Assembly (NCBI RefSeq): GCF_000002075.1
Contig: NW_004797474.1
Coordinates: 198,678 to 262,677, forward strand
Length of the DNA: 64,000 nt
Source: Aplysia californica
Taxonomy: Eukaryota
Direction: 5' to 3'
Each line of letters begins with the position of its first letter. Position 1 is the first letter of the stretch. Of this stretch, positions 39,249 through 52,500 are shown one piece after another. Below the pieces are notes generated by a model. It made no database searches. It had not been told where the DNA came from and saw only the letters and a list, made by a program, of their open reading frames with translations. Position numbers and translations under genes: made by a program.

Positions 39249-39813
39249 TCAGCGACTCAGCCATCACAAAAATGTAAATCTAGGTCTAGATCTAGAAATC
39301 TGGCATGGCATGGGCACTATCACTATACAGTACTATGGGTTTTGAAAGAAATTTTGTTCCTACAGCCTACAGTAGTCAGTGGAAATATGGACAAAATAGT
39401 GCGGCACGGGGTGCTTTCAGCCAGATTTGGGTGCGACTGGAATGAGTAAAGAGATCTTACTAAACATCAGCTGAAGGCTGGTCGGAAATCATTAGTTTAG
39501 TCGTTGAAGAGGAGACGGAGAGGCTACTTTGTCATGTGTGAGGTGTAAGTGTGGAGATCTCGTCTTTACTTTCCTTGTTATGGCTAGATATCTAGATCTA
39601 GATCTAGATTCTAGATTTAGCGCAGGAAGACGATCTGCCTCTTAAGTGTAATCCACTTCAACATACAATCTGGGATAAATCTACACTGTTCATCACAAGA
39701 CAAACTTCTGAGTAAAATGGAGAGTAAAAACTCAGTTGTCGGTACTAACGTTTTGTTTACTATGGCAGTGGGATCATTCCAAACTTTGTTGTGCTATGGA
39801 CGTGGAGTCCTCA

Positions 39814-39843
39814 GGGCGCATGTCTCTAAAATGTCAACTTCCG
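39814..39843 (-). promoter_or_regulatory. Candidate GOLGA5/DPH6 divergent promoter core (ETS-like plus NRF1-like half site)
   Basis: Minus-strand CGGAAGTTGACATT at 39830-39843 and GCGCATG at ~39816, between the head-to-head genes and ~450 bp upstream of the DPH6 ATG. Confidence 0.4.
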
Positions 39844-40286
39844 TATCTTATTTGTAAAACTACAACCTAGGCCAAGTTGTTTTTATATTTAGCAGAACAA
39901 AAAAAACAAACTTCAAATAACAAACATCTCGTGACACTTCTCGGTCCCTGTAAGAAAATGTTTCCAATTCAAAAGCCTTTATTCACATTGATAAAAACTT
40001 TTCAAAAAAAGATCAGGAAATATGAGTCCAGATGCAGTTTGAAAAATTCTCGGATTCGGGACTCGTTTTCCCGTCTTCACTCTTCAGAGGGGAACAAAAC
40101 AAGAGAAGCACACCAAGCACATGGACATGGTCTGCTGCGGCTCTAGGACTCTAGACGTGTTACTAAACCTGAACGTCTCGTAGATTTATTGCATGCTGGC
40201 TGATTCCTTGCGCTATCATTTGCCTTGAAAAGCTGTAGACTAACTTATTCTCACCCTCTATTTGTTTATTTCATGTTTCATTAAAG

Positions 40287-43200
40287 ATGAAAACCGTGGC
40301 TCTTGTCAGGTGAGATGAACAATGATTTTATGTTTTTATTATTATTATGGTAGGCCTTGATATGCAATTAAACGTAGAAGGACGCAAACTATTTTTAGGT
40401 AAGGCGGCCATTTTGTGTGATGTCAGACCAGACCACCCCTCCGATCATGTGACTATGTAAATATTGCCAACGGGATGGCACGACACTTTGGTGCGATATT
40501 TTTCCAGGAATACGGGTAATGTAGATATCTAGATCTATATATATATATATGATGCGGTGCTCCGATGATGAATAGTATCTTTTATATGGTAAATCAAGAG
40601 GAGCGTTCAAAGAATTATTTCAATAGACGCAGTGAACCGGAAAATTAGGAAGCTCAAACCCGTCAATGTCTCAATTCTCAATGAAGGAAATTATTGTTGA
40701 CATTTGTACGGTGTCAATACTGGAATTCCGAAATGTTATTAACATATACCGGAAACACGTCATTCTATGCGGTACCTCCACGGCCTTCTTAAAATAGTCA
40801 GTGGCTATCCCAGATGACATCACATTACTAAAATTAGCTGTCAATCAGAAAGATGTGTCTTCTACGTTTAACGGCATGGCCTTGATGGCCTTGTTATAGT
40901 GTGTCTATTATAACTCTATAACAATTATTTTATTATTATGCTGCTTAACTATAATAAACTGAAGGACTTCTGTAACGAGCGACCACCCCAACAAACACAG
41001 TAAAAAAGAAGAGACCTAACCCTATTCCTACCCCTAGCTAGCCTTGAAAGATCTTTTCTACTCTGTCTCATATTATATTGGTCTGGTGGTCGCTCCTTAC
41101 GGAAGTCCTCCCTGGTAAAGCTATAGAGACCTAATTGTAAGTCCGCCTTGGACAGAGGAATTTGAAGAGGATGAGGAGGTGCTTTTTTCCAGAGGGCCAG
41201 CGTAGTGTAGGATTCAGGGTTGCTTTTGTGGTCAGCATCTCAGTGTTAATTTCCCTTTCAGTTTTATTGAGCTATAGGCCTTTGCCTGAAAGTTCAAAAT
41301 TAATGTCAATTCTTGCTGGAGTATTTGGAAAATATTTCATTTATAAAGCTGAAAGGCTGACATAATCACTCTTGTGTCCACAAGTTTACATTTTACAAGA
41401 CTGTAAATTTAATGTCGATCTCTGATTAGACTATAATACAGTCGAATCTGTGTAAGATGGAATCGCAAGTGAACAGGAAAAGACCAAGGAACTCAACAGC
41501 CTATCAAGGAGTGTTTGCCTACGTATACATCCGGAAGAGTTGTGAAGCTTGGAAAATATTCAAGCCCTGCTTTGACAGTGGAAGACAATCTCCTGGAAGA
41601 AGTGGACTCCTTTGCCTACCTTGGAAGTGTCATAAATGGTAAAGGTGAAACTGAGACAGATGTTAAAGCATGAACCGCTGAGGCAAGGTCAGCATTCAAT
41701 CAGTTATCAAAAGTTTGGAAAGCAAGCAACATCTCACTGAGCACCAAGATTCGACTCTTTAACTCCAATGTCAAGTCTGTGCTCCTCTACGGCTGCAAAA
41801 CTTGAAAGACAACAAAGACAGTAGGCCTACTGAATAAAGTCCAGACTTTCATCAACAGATGTATGAAGAGTATCCTAAGAAATAAGTGGCAGGATAGAAT
41901 AAGAAATGAAGAGCTGTGGAAAAGGACAGGACCAAAGAATATAAAAGTAGAAATAGGACTAAGATTACTAAGAAAGTGGCGATGGATGGGACATACCTTC
42001 AGAAATTCCAGCGGAAACATCACAAGACAATCGCTGCAGTGGAACCCACAGGGAGCACGAGGCAGGTGTAGGCCACAGAAAACATGGAGGAGATGTGTGG
42101 AAAGGGACATGAGAGAGATGAAGTTCACTTGGAACGAGCTTGGAAGGATGGCCCTGGACAGAGATAAATAGGTAAGGAGCTTGTATGTGGCCCATACCCT
42201 GCAAGGAGTGGAAGGCATTGATGATGCCAAGATCAGGAAACAGTCTGTTGGGATTCAAACCAGCAAAGGGCAGTTCGTGGTGAAGTTTGTAGATTAAACA
42301 GCTGTGACTCATATAAAACACCACCTCCTTATCCCGTCTTAAATTCCTTTTACCCCCCACCCACACAGACGCGCGCACACACACACACACACAGATACAC
42401 AAAACAAAGTAATAGGCACGCGCACATGCATTATACTCTCCATTTTATATGTATACCTATCCTATCTCCACACCTCCCCGAGATTTTGGGTTAGGTAATG
42501 TTATAGTGGGCAGTTCAAGCAGCAGATAGGATCAAACAAAACTATGATGAGTGGCTCAAAATCCAATAGATAATAAAGATTAGAGGCATGCTGACTCAGT
42601 TTTGTTCTTTGTAATCAACAAAAGCTTAGAGAAGCCGTTGGTAACAAAAGTGTTGTTCGCAACTTGACAAAAAATGCCTCTTTCCACACTGTCTGCCATT
42701 ATCGAATTTGCCATCTTGGTTGACGTCACCACATAGCATGCTACATCTTGACTAGAGCTGATGACAACAAAGTTGTGTGCCAGCTTTAATAAACTGAGAC
42801 GAAGGAAAAAATGGCTATAGTGCAACAACACATTAGTGAGCCCTCTTGACTCTCTGAGCTCGTTCGAATCGCCAAAGTGCTATTGGTGGACTTGAAAAAT
42901 GTTTGTTTGCATTTACTTAAATCTGAATGAAAATCATTGTCATCAAGGAATGTCTTGTCCACTGTCCGGCCGACAATAAGTTGGCAACCCTGCCGGTCTT
43001 GCCCAGTTAACAAACCGCTTCTGGATTCAAACCAAGGTCATCTGCAACGTACTTTGTGATGATACCGACTGACATTTTATTCAGTACTCTTTAGAATAGG
43101 CTGATATCGTTATTGTACTGTTTATTTTTACTGTTGTTTCAATTCAGAGATTTAATTGAGTGTTGAGACTTGGTACTTTTATTTGAAAATGTATTTAATG

Positions 43201-46200
43201 ATAGCGTAGACAACACAATTATATCGCTTCTAACGACCTAATGTGTTGGTTTCCTTTGACAGTGGTGGCAAAGACAGCTGCTTCAATATGATGTGCTGTG
43301 TTGCTGAAGGTCATCAACTTGTGGCGCTGGCTAACCTGAGACCTGAGCAAAAAGGTAAAACATGAGTAGAAGAATTGCTTTGCTCTGCTCTTAATAATGG
43401 GTGTTTTATAAGGAAGATCAGGAATATTATAGTCTGAATGAACCCGATATGTTTCTGATCTCTCCCTGCCCTCAGCCCTTGAATTCAACCACAGAGACAA
43501 ACACTTTGAGCTGAACAGTGTTCCATTTAGAACATTGTCTCCTTTGTTATTGATTATTATTCCTCAAAATGATAATAATAACACTACATGTAAGAGCTTA
43601 GTACTGAAGGTATTTGATGAAGATCACTGTCACCCCTCATGTGTCATACACTTACCCCAACTTCCCCCAATTCCCATTCTTATTTTGAATCTCTCTTCAT
43701 CTTGTTTTCTTAACAACTTTCGCCTAGATTGTACTAACACTAATTTTTTTTTTCAGATGAACTGGATAGCTACATGTTTCAAACAGTTGGCCATCACGCC
43801 ATAGATCTTTATTCCGAAGCAATGGGATTACCACTGTACACACAGGTCATCACAGGCTCCAGTCTGTCCACTGGTAGAGACTACACGCCACAGCAAGGAG
43901 ATGAAGTAGAGGACCTGTACGCTCTATTGTCTCGAATCAAAGTTGGTATTTTTAAAAGTACTGTGCATGCGTGAGCATGTGTGTATATGTGTGTGTGTGT
44001 GGGGGGGNNNNNNNNNNNNNNNNNNNNNNNNNNNNNNNNNNNNNNNNNNNNNNNNNNNNNNNNNNNNNNNNNNNNNNNNNNNNNNNNNNNNNNNNNNNNN
44101 NNNNNNNNNNNNNNNNNNNNNNNNNNNNNNNNNNNNNNNNNNNNNNNNNNNNNNNNNNNNNNNNNNNNNNNNNNNNNNNNNNNNNNNNNNNNNNNNNNNN
44201 NNNNNNNNNNNNNNNNNNNNNNNNNNNNNNNNNNNNNNNNNNNNNNNNNNNNNNNNNNNNNNNNNNNNNNNNNNNNNNNNNNNNNNNNNNNNNNNNNNNN
44301 NNNNNNNNNNNNNNNNNNNNNNNNNNNNNNNNNNNNNNNNNNNNNNNNNNNNNNNNNNNNNNNNNNNNNNNNNNNNNNNNNNNNNNNNNNNNNNNNNNNN
44401 NNNNNNNNNNNNNNNNNNNNNNNNNNNNNNNNNNNNNNNNNNNNNNNNNNNNNNNNNNNNNNNNNNNNNNNNNNNNNNNNNNNNNNNNNNNNNNNNNNNN
44501 NNNNNNNNNNNNNNNNNNNNNNNNNNNNNNNNNNNNNNNNNNNNNNNNNNNNNNNNNNNNNNNNNNNNNNNNNNNNNNNNNNNNNNNNNNNNNNNNNNNN
44601 NNNNNNNNNNNNNNNNNNNNNNNNNNNNNNNNNNNNNNNGGGAATTTATGAGGGTCACTAATTGAGGTCAGTTGATAGAGCAGTGCAAAAAAGGGTGTGG
44701 GGCGGAGAGGATGGCGGAACAGCAAGAGTGGGACTGGCGCTCGCCAAGAGGCGCTGATATGACACTGTTCCGTTTCAGTCAGTGTTCCGCCACAGCTCCA
44801 CGAGCGCTCGCGTACTCACGATTCATTAAAGCCGACTGAATCGCGAATCGCCACTCTCAAATTTGACGAGCAGGATCCAGCTCTAATTTAAGTGTTTAAA
44901 AGACATATTTCCCATTATGAAACTCATTGATTCACAGTGTTTGATGTTTTGGTGCGGCTTACTCTCAGAACTGTCTGTTTTTCTTCTCCACGAATGGAAA
45001 GAGAGGCATTTTTCAGCCATATTGACAAATAAGCCATCTTCAAGTCTGTTGACTTCCATAACTTCATTTAAAAGTGACTCATCGTATTCTACTTTGTCTT
45101 GCTTTCCTGTCTTATTAGTTGACTCAAGGTTGTTGTTTTTTAACGACTTTAATTTTATTCCTCAGGAGGCTGAAGGTATTGAAGCAGTTTCGGTTGGTGC
45201 TATTTTGTCGGATTATCAACGAGTTAGAGTAGAGAATGTGTAAGTATGATTGGTACACATGGGGAAATGTCTCTTTTCTGGTAAAGTCCATCTCAGGTAG
45301 TGAGGAGTAGATGTCAACAATTACAGTCTACTGATCTGTTCTTTTCTCTGTTACTATTGTGAGCTCAGCGTTGTAACTCTGTGTCAGTTACCTTTGTGTT
45401 GTCCAGAAACAAAAGAGGCATAACTGGCTGAGAGAACAATTGCTACATTAAAGTCCTTATAAGTCAAATGGTGGCGTGTAGTAATAGTTGTTTATTGTTT
45501 TTCACCTTTGGACTTAGTAGTCTCTCTTTTGAAAATGTTCACGCTGTCAAAAGGTTGATGTCCAGTCTATGATGGTAATTTTGCACCATAAAGCACTTCC
45601 TAGTAACCGTTTTCCCTAATTATTTTTGTGAGGATGTAGAGGAGTGATTACAAGAAAGGCTGTTTTCAAGCTAAGCTTTTCCGTGATTGCTTCTTTTATA
45701 CATTTTAATTGAAATTGTACACAATGTCTTTCTAAACGTAATTGAACACACTCCAAGAGCCATTCATGAATGATGGATGGTTGAGGGGTGCTGCTGGTAG
45801 GTCCTGCTTCTTATTCTCCCTGTTCCCCACTGCTCTACATGATGGATATTGAGTCAATGCTTTTCTTTGCTCTCTCGAATAGTCAAACCTGCTGTAACGG
45901 CCACCAATCCAAGACAGTCACCTATACAAACAACCACTTTCCATTCTCCCCTTGAAATTTTTAACTTTATAATGACACCATCCAAGATGTCCACCTGTCC
46001 TGTAGACTACTGTCCAGGGCAACCACTTTTTCTCCTCAATTATATGTGGCCATCTTGGGGGCAATTTTGACAGTATTCAAGAATGCAACTCTCCTTTCCT
46101 TCCCTCAGCTGCCAGAGGCTGGGTCTTGTGGCGCTCTCCTATCTGTGGAGGAGGAACCAGGAGCAGCTCCTCAAGGAAATGATAGACTGTGGCCTCCGAG

Positions 46201-49200
46201 CCATCATCATCAAAGTAGCTGCACTTGGTATGTATCATTCCTGATACTCTTACACAAGTGAAACATCTACTGATTTATTGTTTTTTGCCATGTTGTCTTT
46301 TAGGGATTGTTATTTTTGAAAGGTCAAGAATGCTCCAGGTATGTTCTTCATTTGTTGTTTCATGAATTTGTTGTTTCTTTCCACTTTTAAAGGGATTCAC
46401 GATGGAATTACAGAGCATATGTCATGGATCTTATCCTCACACTCATTACAACTGTCTTTTTTTTTTTAATGCAATGGTCATACAAACCACATGCACTATT
46501 GGTACAGGACATAGAACGTGGTTCAGTACAGCAGGAACCCTGTAATTTGTAGTTACAAAGAAAGTGGCTATTCTCACCCGCCCGGAAGTTCTCGCAAGAT
46601 CAACTCTTCCCCTCTTCTTTCTCTCTCTGTCTCTTTCTGAATACTGTCTATCGGTGTGGACGATAAACAAAGTTAAAAAATGATGTTAAAACACAAAAGT
46701 AAATTAATTTGGTTGTCTACAAAGATGCTACGGCTATTTAACTTTTCGAATCGAGCCGAACTACGCGGGTCGCCATTTTGTTTTGCCCGGAAATTCTCGC
46801 GCTACTCCTCTCTCTCTTTCTCTCTCTCTCTCCACTGCCCACAGACAAAATTGTACGCTTTCAATAGGCTACAGTTGAAATGGAACGTTTGTTCACGGCA
46901 CAGAATTCTACAATTTTTCCTCACAGTGTAGAATTCTATGGTTTAGGGTGAACGCAAAATTTGGTAAACGCGCACCGGGTGAGAATAGCCACAAGACTCG
47001 CCTGCACTATTCTCACTCCGGGTGAGAATAGAGGTGGCCAGTTACAAAACGTCACCTTCTATGTTTGTTACTTAATTCATTTAGCCACTCTCTTGTTTCA
47101 TGTTCTTTGTTCTCTCATCCATCTATCTGAGCTTTGCATGGGCACAGTTGAACCTGCTCTAATAGTCACCTGTCCAAGATAATAACCTGTACAAAAGACC
47201 ACTTCCCACTTGCATTTCGTTCTACATGATTATAATGACACCGTTCACAACGTCCACTAGTCTAAGACAACAACTTTCCTCCTCAACAGAGGATGACCTT
47301 CTTAAACAATTACAGCAGTATTTATTGCTTGATCCCCTGCTTGCTTGTTTGATTTTTTTTGTTTGGGATTGTTTTTCAGGTCTTGTTCCCAGCAAACACC
47401 TGGGTATGGAGCTGTCCGAAATATTCCCACACATGTTGAAAATGGTGAGTTCAGATGCATGTTATATTTGTTTTCGCTTCTCTGAAATTGGAAACCTCTA
47501 GGTTATAATTTTGGGATCATATTTCCGTTTTCATGTTTCTTTTCTTTTCCCTTTTATTTGGAACTAGCTGTGCATATACATGATAAATCTTGTTGGTCTT
47601 GCAGGTTTACTTTTTTTTTTAACTTGTTTTTTCTTTTTCAGAAATCGATGTATGGACTCAATGAATGTGGAGAGGGTGGGGAGTATGAAACATTTGTATT
47701 TGACTGTCCCATTTTCAAGAAATCTATTGTCATGTAAGTATGACTGCACTAACTTTGAATTGAGACCAGTTTTGTGTGGAAGAAAAAAAATATTTTTAGT
47801 TTCCATCTTAATTTTTTTCTTGAATCATCAGATTTTAAAAAACTTTCTTTGTAACATGCTTATTAAAGTCACTCTTTTTACAGAGGGGTACATTTTGTTA
47901 TGTTCACACAAGTTGTCATGAACTATCTCAAAATATTGGAAGGTGAAAAATATAGTCAGGCTCAAGTAAGTTGCCAAGAGAAAATCTGTGATTTTGCTAC
48001 CAAAAGATGAATCTTGACCTGAATATAGATCATTTTTCTCATCCTTATTTAGAAATGTGGCTTGTAAAGGTTTTTGTTTAATGATTATTCTTTTTTGTTT
48101 AATTGTTCATGTCATTGTGGTTGTTTTTGAAGTTTGTCAGTAGGCCTAATGCTTTCCTCCCCAGAGATGAGACAGAGAGAGTCATTCACTCAGATGATGC
48201 GTTTGCTCCTGTGGGTTATCTCAACCTGAGAAATTGTCGTCTCAAGGAAAAAGACTGGGTTAGTTTTCCTCAGCATTTTTGTTTACTCTAATTAGGCTTT
48301 TGTTCTAATACATTGTCATTAAAGAATCAAATGCTCTACTGGCAAAGTTTCTGGTGAGGCAGAAATTGTTAACAGTTTTAACAATTTTTTAGTTTTTCTG
48401 ATTTCTTATTGTTTCAATATTTTTATGATATATTACTGTATGCTTCTCAGGAAGATGAGATGGTTTCAGACTGTTATGTCTTCTGAGGCAATACAAATGC
48501 TAGATTACATATAATTATGTACGTTCTTTATTTGTTCCATGTGCTTCACAGAGCTGATAAAATTTTTATTATAAGGAAAGAAAAAAAAAAACAGCGTTAT
48601 GGCACCCATGGATGCTGATGTTTGAAGACCACAACCACTTTTGTTCTTTTTTTTTTTTTTGAAGACGATAGTCCTAAGAAATGCAAAAACAGATAATTGT
48701 TCTCACCTTGGCTGTTGTTGTCTTATATAACCCACAGGATGACACTGTTTCACTTCTGGCAAAAGTGGAGCAGCTTCCACTCCTCACAAGCGAGAAGTGG
48801 ATAGAGCAAGCCGTTCAGGGCTGTGATGTTGCTGAGCTGGCTCAGGGTGCTGAGGGTTTGCCAGACTCTGACTGTCCCACACAGAGTGTTCAGCCTGTCT
48901 CAGGTCAGTGACGAGGGCTTCTCTTAGCTTGCCTTTCATGTGTATTGACTAGTGGTAGATTAGGCTGTTAGGCCCACAACTGAAAGGTCATGGTTTCAAA
49001 CCCTTATGGGGCCTGATGTATAATGACATTTCTCTGTCCTTGGGAAAGGTACTTGACATAAATTTACCTCACTTCACTCGGGTGGGAATGGGTACCCTGC
49101 TATCGACAGTGAAAGATGTTATCAGTTTGATGGTGTTTGAGCACTTAATTAACTGCTTGCATTGTATGCTTCGTGGAAAGTTGAGAATATTTCTGAGTGT

Positions 49201-49464
49201 TCAAGCTTCTGCTTGGGTAATGATATAGATTGGAAGCACAGAGCTTACTGTTGAGCGGAGATTAAAGGCTATACAAACACTATTATTTTATTATATATTA
49301 TAGTGTACAGTTTTGCTCTTGTCATTTAATTCTACCTGATATTTAGTATTGCAGCAACATGTCTGGCCAGGTTTCTGTAAGTGGGTGGTTGGTGGGTGCT
49401 CTGGTCTGATTTGTTGCTCAAACAAAATTAATTTTGTGTTGACGTTTTTTCCCTTACACTCAAA

Positions 49465-49543
<79 letters not shown>

Positions 49544-52500
49544 CAGGTGACTCGTATGTCTCTCGTCAGAGTGATGGTGTCAACTTCCAGGTGTCTGGGG
49601 TGACTGCATTTTCCTCTGAGACAAGTGACGTGAAAGAGTTGACTAAACAAGCTATGGATAAGTTAATTGGTTAGTATGTTCACTTTTGTTTTCAACTATG
49701 TAAATATATTGAGTGTACTACATTTTTTTGTTGTTGTTGTTGTTCAAGAGCCAATTTGTATCATCTTATGATACTTTGTTAAAAAGCAATTGCTCCTTGC
49801 AACTGTGTAGAAATGAACCCATTTCACATTTTCATAAGTGCATATTTTGCTGTTGTCTGTTTTTACATTTATGTTTCAGATCTTTCAGTTTTAAGAAAAT
49901 CTAGCTTTGACCCTGTTTTGATGTTTTGAGAATTTAGCACCCCTTTTTTTTTTCTCACATTTTGTATTGAGATATTTCTTAAAAGAAATTGTGCATAAAG
50001 CCTCTGGATCATAAATTTTCAGGTATTCATTACTTTTTTAATATTTCATTTGATTCAAATTTGCTTTTAGACCAGTGCTCTTTAAGACAAGCAGTACAAA
50101 TTATTTTGGATTCTGTCTCAGCATTGCAGTTTTGGTTTGAAATGCTTATTTCCTTTTCTATTGTTAAGGATTTCAGGATGACTGAAGAAATTCTGTCTGT
50201 GCAATTTTCAGGGTGTGTGACCAGTTTAGGTCACAGTGCCGGAGATATCGCCTCAGTATCGCTCTATGTGAGAGACTTGTCCTGTTTTGCTGCCGTCAAC
50301 TCAGTGTACAAAACCTACTTTGATATAAATCCCCCAGTTCGGTGAGGAAACTATGTTATGTTCCTTCTGAGGCATGCTTTCTTTAGTGCTGGGGGGGGGG
50401 GGGGGTGTTTCCCTTATGGTTTGTAGAGTGGATATTTATTAGATTTTGTATAATACATTTGATGGGGATGGTCATGCTTACGCCAGATTTTTCAAGAATT
50501 GATACCAATTTGTCTTTATCAAATTCAGTTTCTACCCAACCTGCATGTTTTTTTTTTCTTTGGCACCTAGGCCTTAAGTTGAAGGAAATAACTTAAGAAA
50601 ACTCTATTTTGTGTTTGGCAAATTTACAAAACGTCTTTGTCAACCTTTTTACCTTTTTATAGCCATTGCCCTCTTTCGCCAATAAAAATTTTCAAACCAC
50701 CCACCTACATGACGGGGACATAGAATAATAACACCTGGATGATTCCCACCAAATCGCCCACTAGTGGGCAATGCTGTCCAAACTGGCAAACGCTAGCCTA
50801 GACTGTGAAAAAATAGAAGTGTAGGGAAACTTATAACAGAAAATGTTGATATATATTTCAGGCTGTGTATTCAAGCCTGCCTTCCACCTAACGTGCCTCT
50901 CCAGCTGGACTGCCAGGGCCGGGCATCGCCCTCAGAAGACAGAAGGACCATGCACGTCCAGGCCCTCTCCCACTGGGCCCCGGCCAACATCGGACCCTAC
51001 AGTCAGGCCGTTCTGGTGCGTAGAATAAAATGCTAGATTACATGAATGAATTTATTTATATTAATTTTTTTAAGGAAATGAACGGCTACACTTGTTGATA
51101 ACTTAAGTAGCTAAGAATAGGCTTATAGATGATTTACTGGCAACTTATAAAATTGAGCTGATCTTTAAGTTACATTTTTGGTAAGGGCCATTGAGTGGCA
51201 GTTTTATAGGAAATCTTTAGAACTGAAAATATAGATGTTCCCATCTAGAGTGTGCCTGCTGGCAAACAAGGTAAAAGAATAGGGAATGCTGAAAATTTAT
51301 TAAGAATTTACTGACAACTGTAGATTTCACCAATTTGAACAGCTGATGCTGTTCGATATATATTTTTTTAAATGCTAAATTTGCTTTCTTCAGACAGGGG
51401 ACAAATTGTTTCTGGCTGGTATAGTTCCCCTGATTCCTGCCTCGTTGTCTGTGATTGAAGGCGACATCACAGTGCAATGCTCAGTGGCTCTGAAACACGT
51501 ACAGGAAGTGATGAAGGCCATGCAGCCTGGTCTCGGCCTCTGTGACTGTCCACTGGTGGTGTGCTTTGTCACACACACTGACCACATGGCAGTCGCTCGA
51601 CAGACGTGGAAGAAATGTGTTCAGGTATATTGGACATATTTCTTTTATTTATATGTATACACTGTCGAACCTTTTTTTTTTTAAATTGCACTTTGAGGGG
51701 GTGATTGGAGGATGCCACTGAAAAGTGTTAGCTCTTTTTTTTTCTTCTGTTGTTTCTGTCTGAGTCTGTCCATTGTCCTCTTTCCCTGCACTGAATGAAC
51801 AGTACTGTGTCAATGTGCTTCTTTTCAATCAAAGGAACATTACAAGATTCTTTGACTCAGTTTCTTTTTGAAGCTCACTCTAAAGGCTTCACATAGGTAG
51901 CTGATGACTTGGCATGGATGCCACGAAAGTTGTGACTGCATCAAGATAGGTTATTTGCTAAGCACTCCTGTTTGGGAGAGTATTTAAACTTGAATACTTG
52001 TAGCCTTGTCCTGTTATTGGAGGAAAACTGTAAATAAATAAATAAATATTATACTCATGCATTGTGCTTTTAGTAATACTTTCAGACCAGCTCTTATGAT
52101 TACCTGTCCAAGACAATCATCTGTACCTATGACCACTTCCAACTTCCACCTTGCATATATTTTTTTCATATTAAGATGACACTGTCCAAAATGTCAGCCT
52201 GTCTAAGACAACTAGTTTTCTCCTCAATAACAGTGGCTGTCTAGGATAATTTCAACCGTACATGTTGTACATATACTGTTCATTGTACTATAGGTAAACT
52301 ATTCTGTAGTTTTACATCCGTATGTCCTCAGAATTCTTCAGATGTGATCACGCACCGAGAGCTTTCCCCACGTGTTCAGTACTGTGTGGTGCCCGCCTTG
52401 CCCAAAGCCTGTCTGGTGGAGTGGCAGGTGTTTGCCTGGACGTCCAGTACAGAGGAAGAGGACGGAGAAGAAGGAGAACTCTCAGGTAGTTTTGGGTTTT

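Noticed and set aside
43924-44725. Several ORFs of 226-257 aa
   Set aside because: They span the N gap and have no real coding content.
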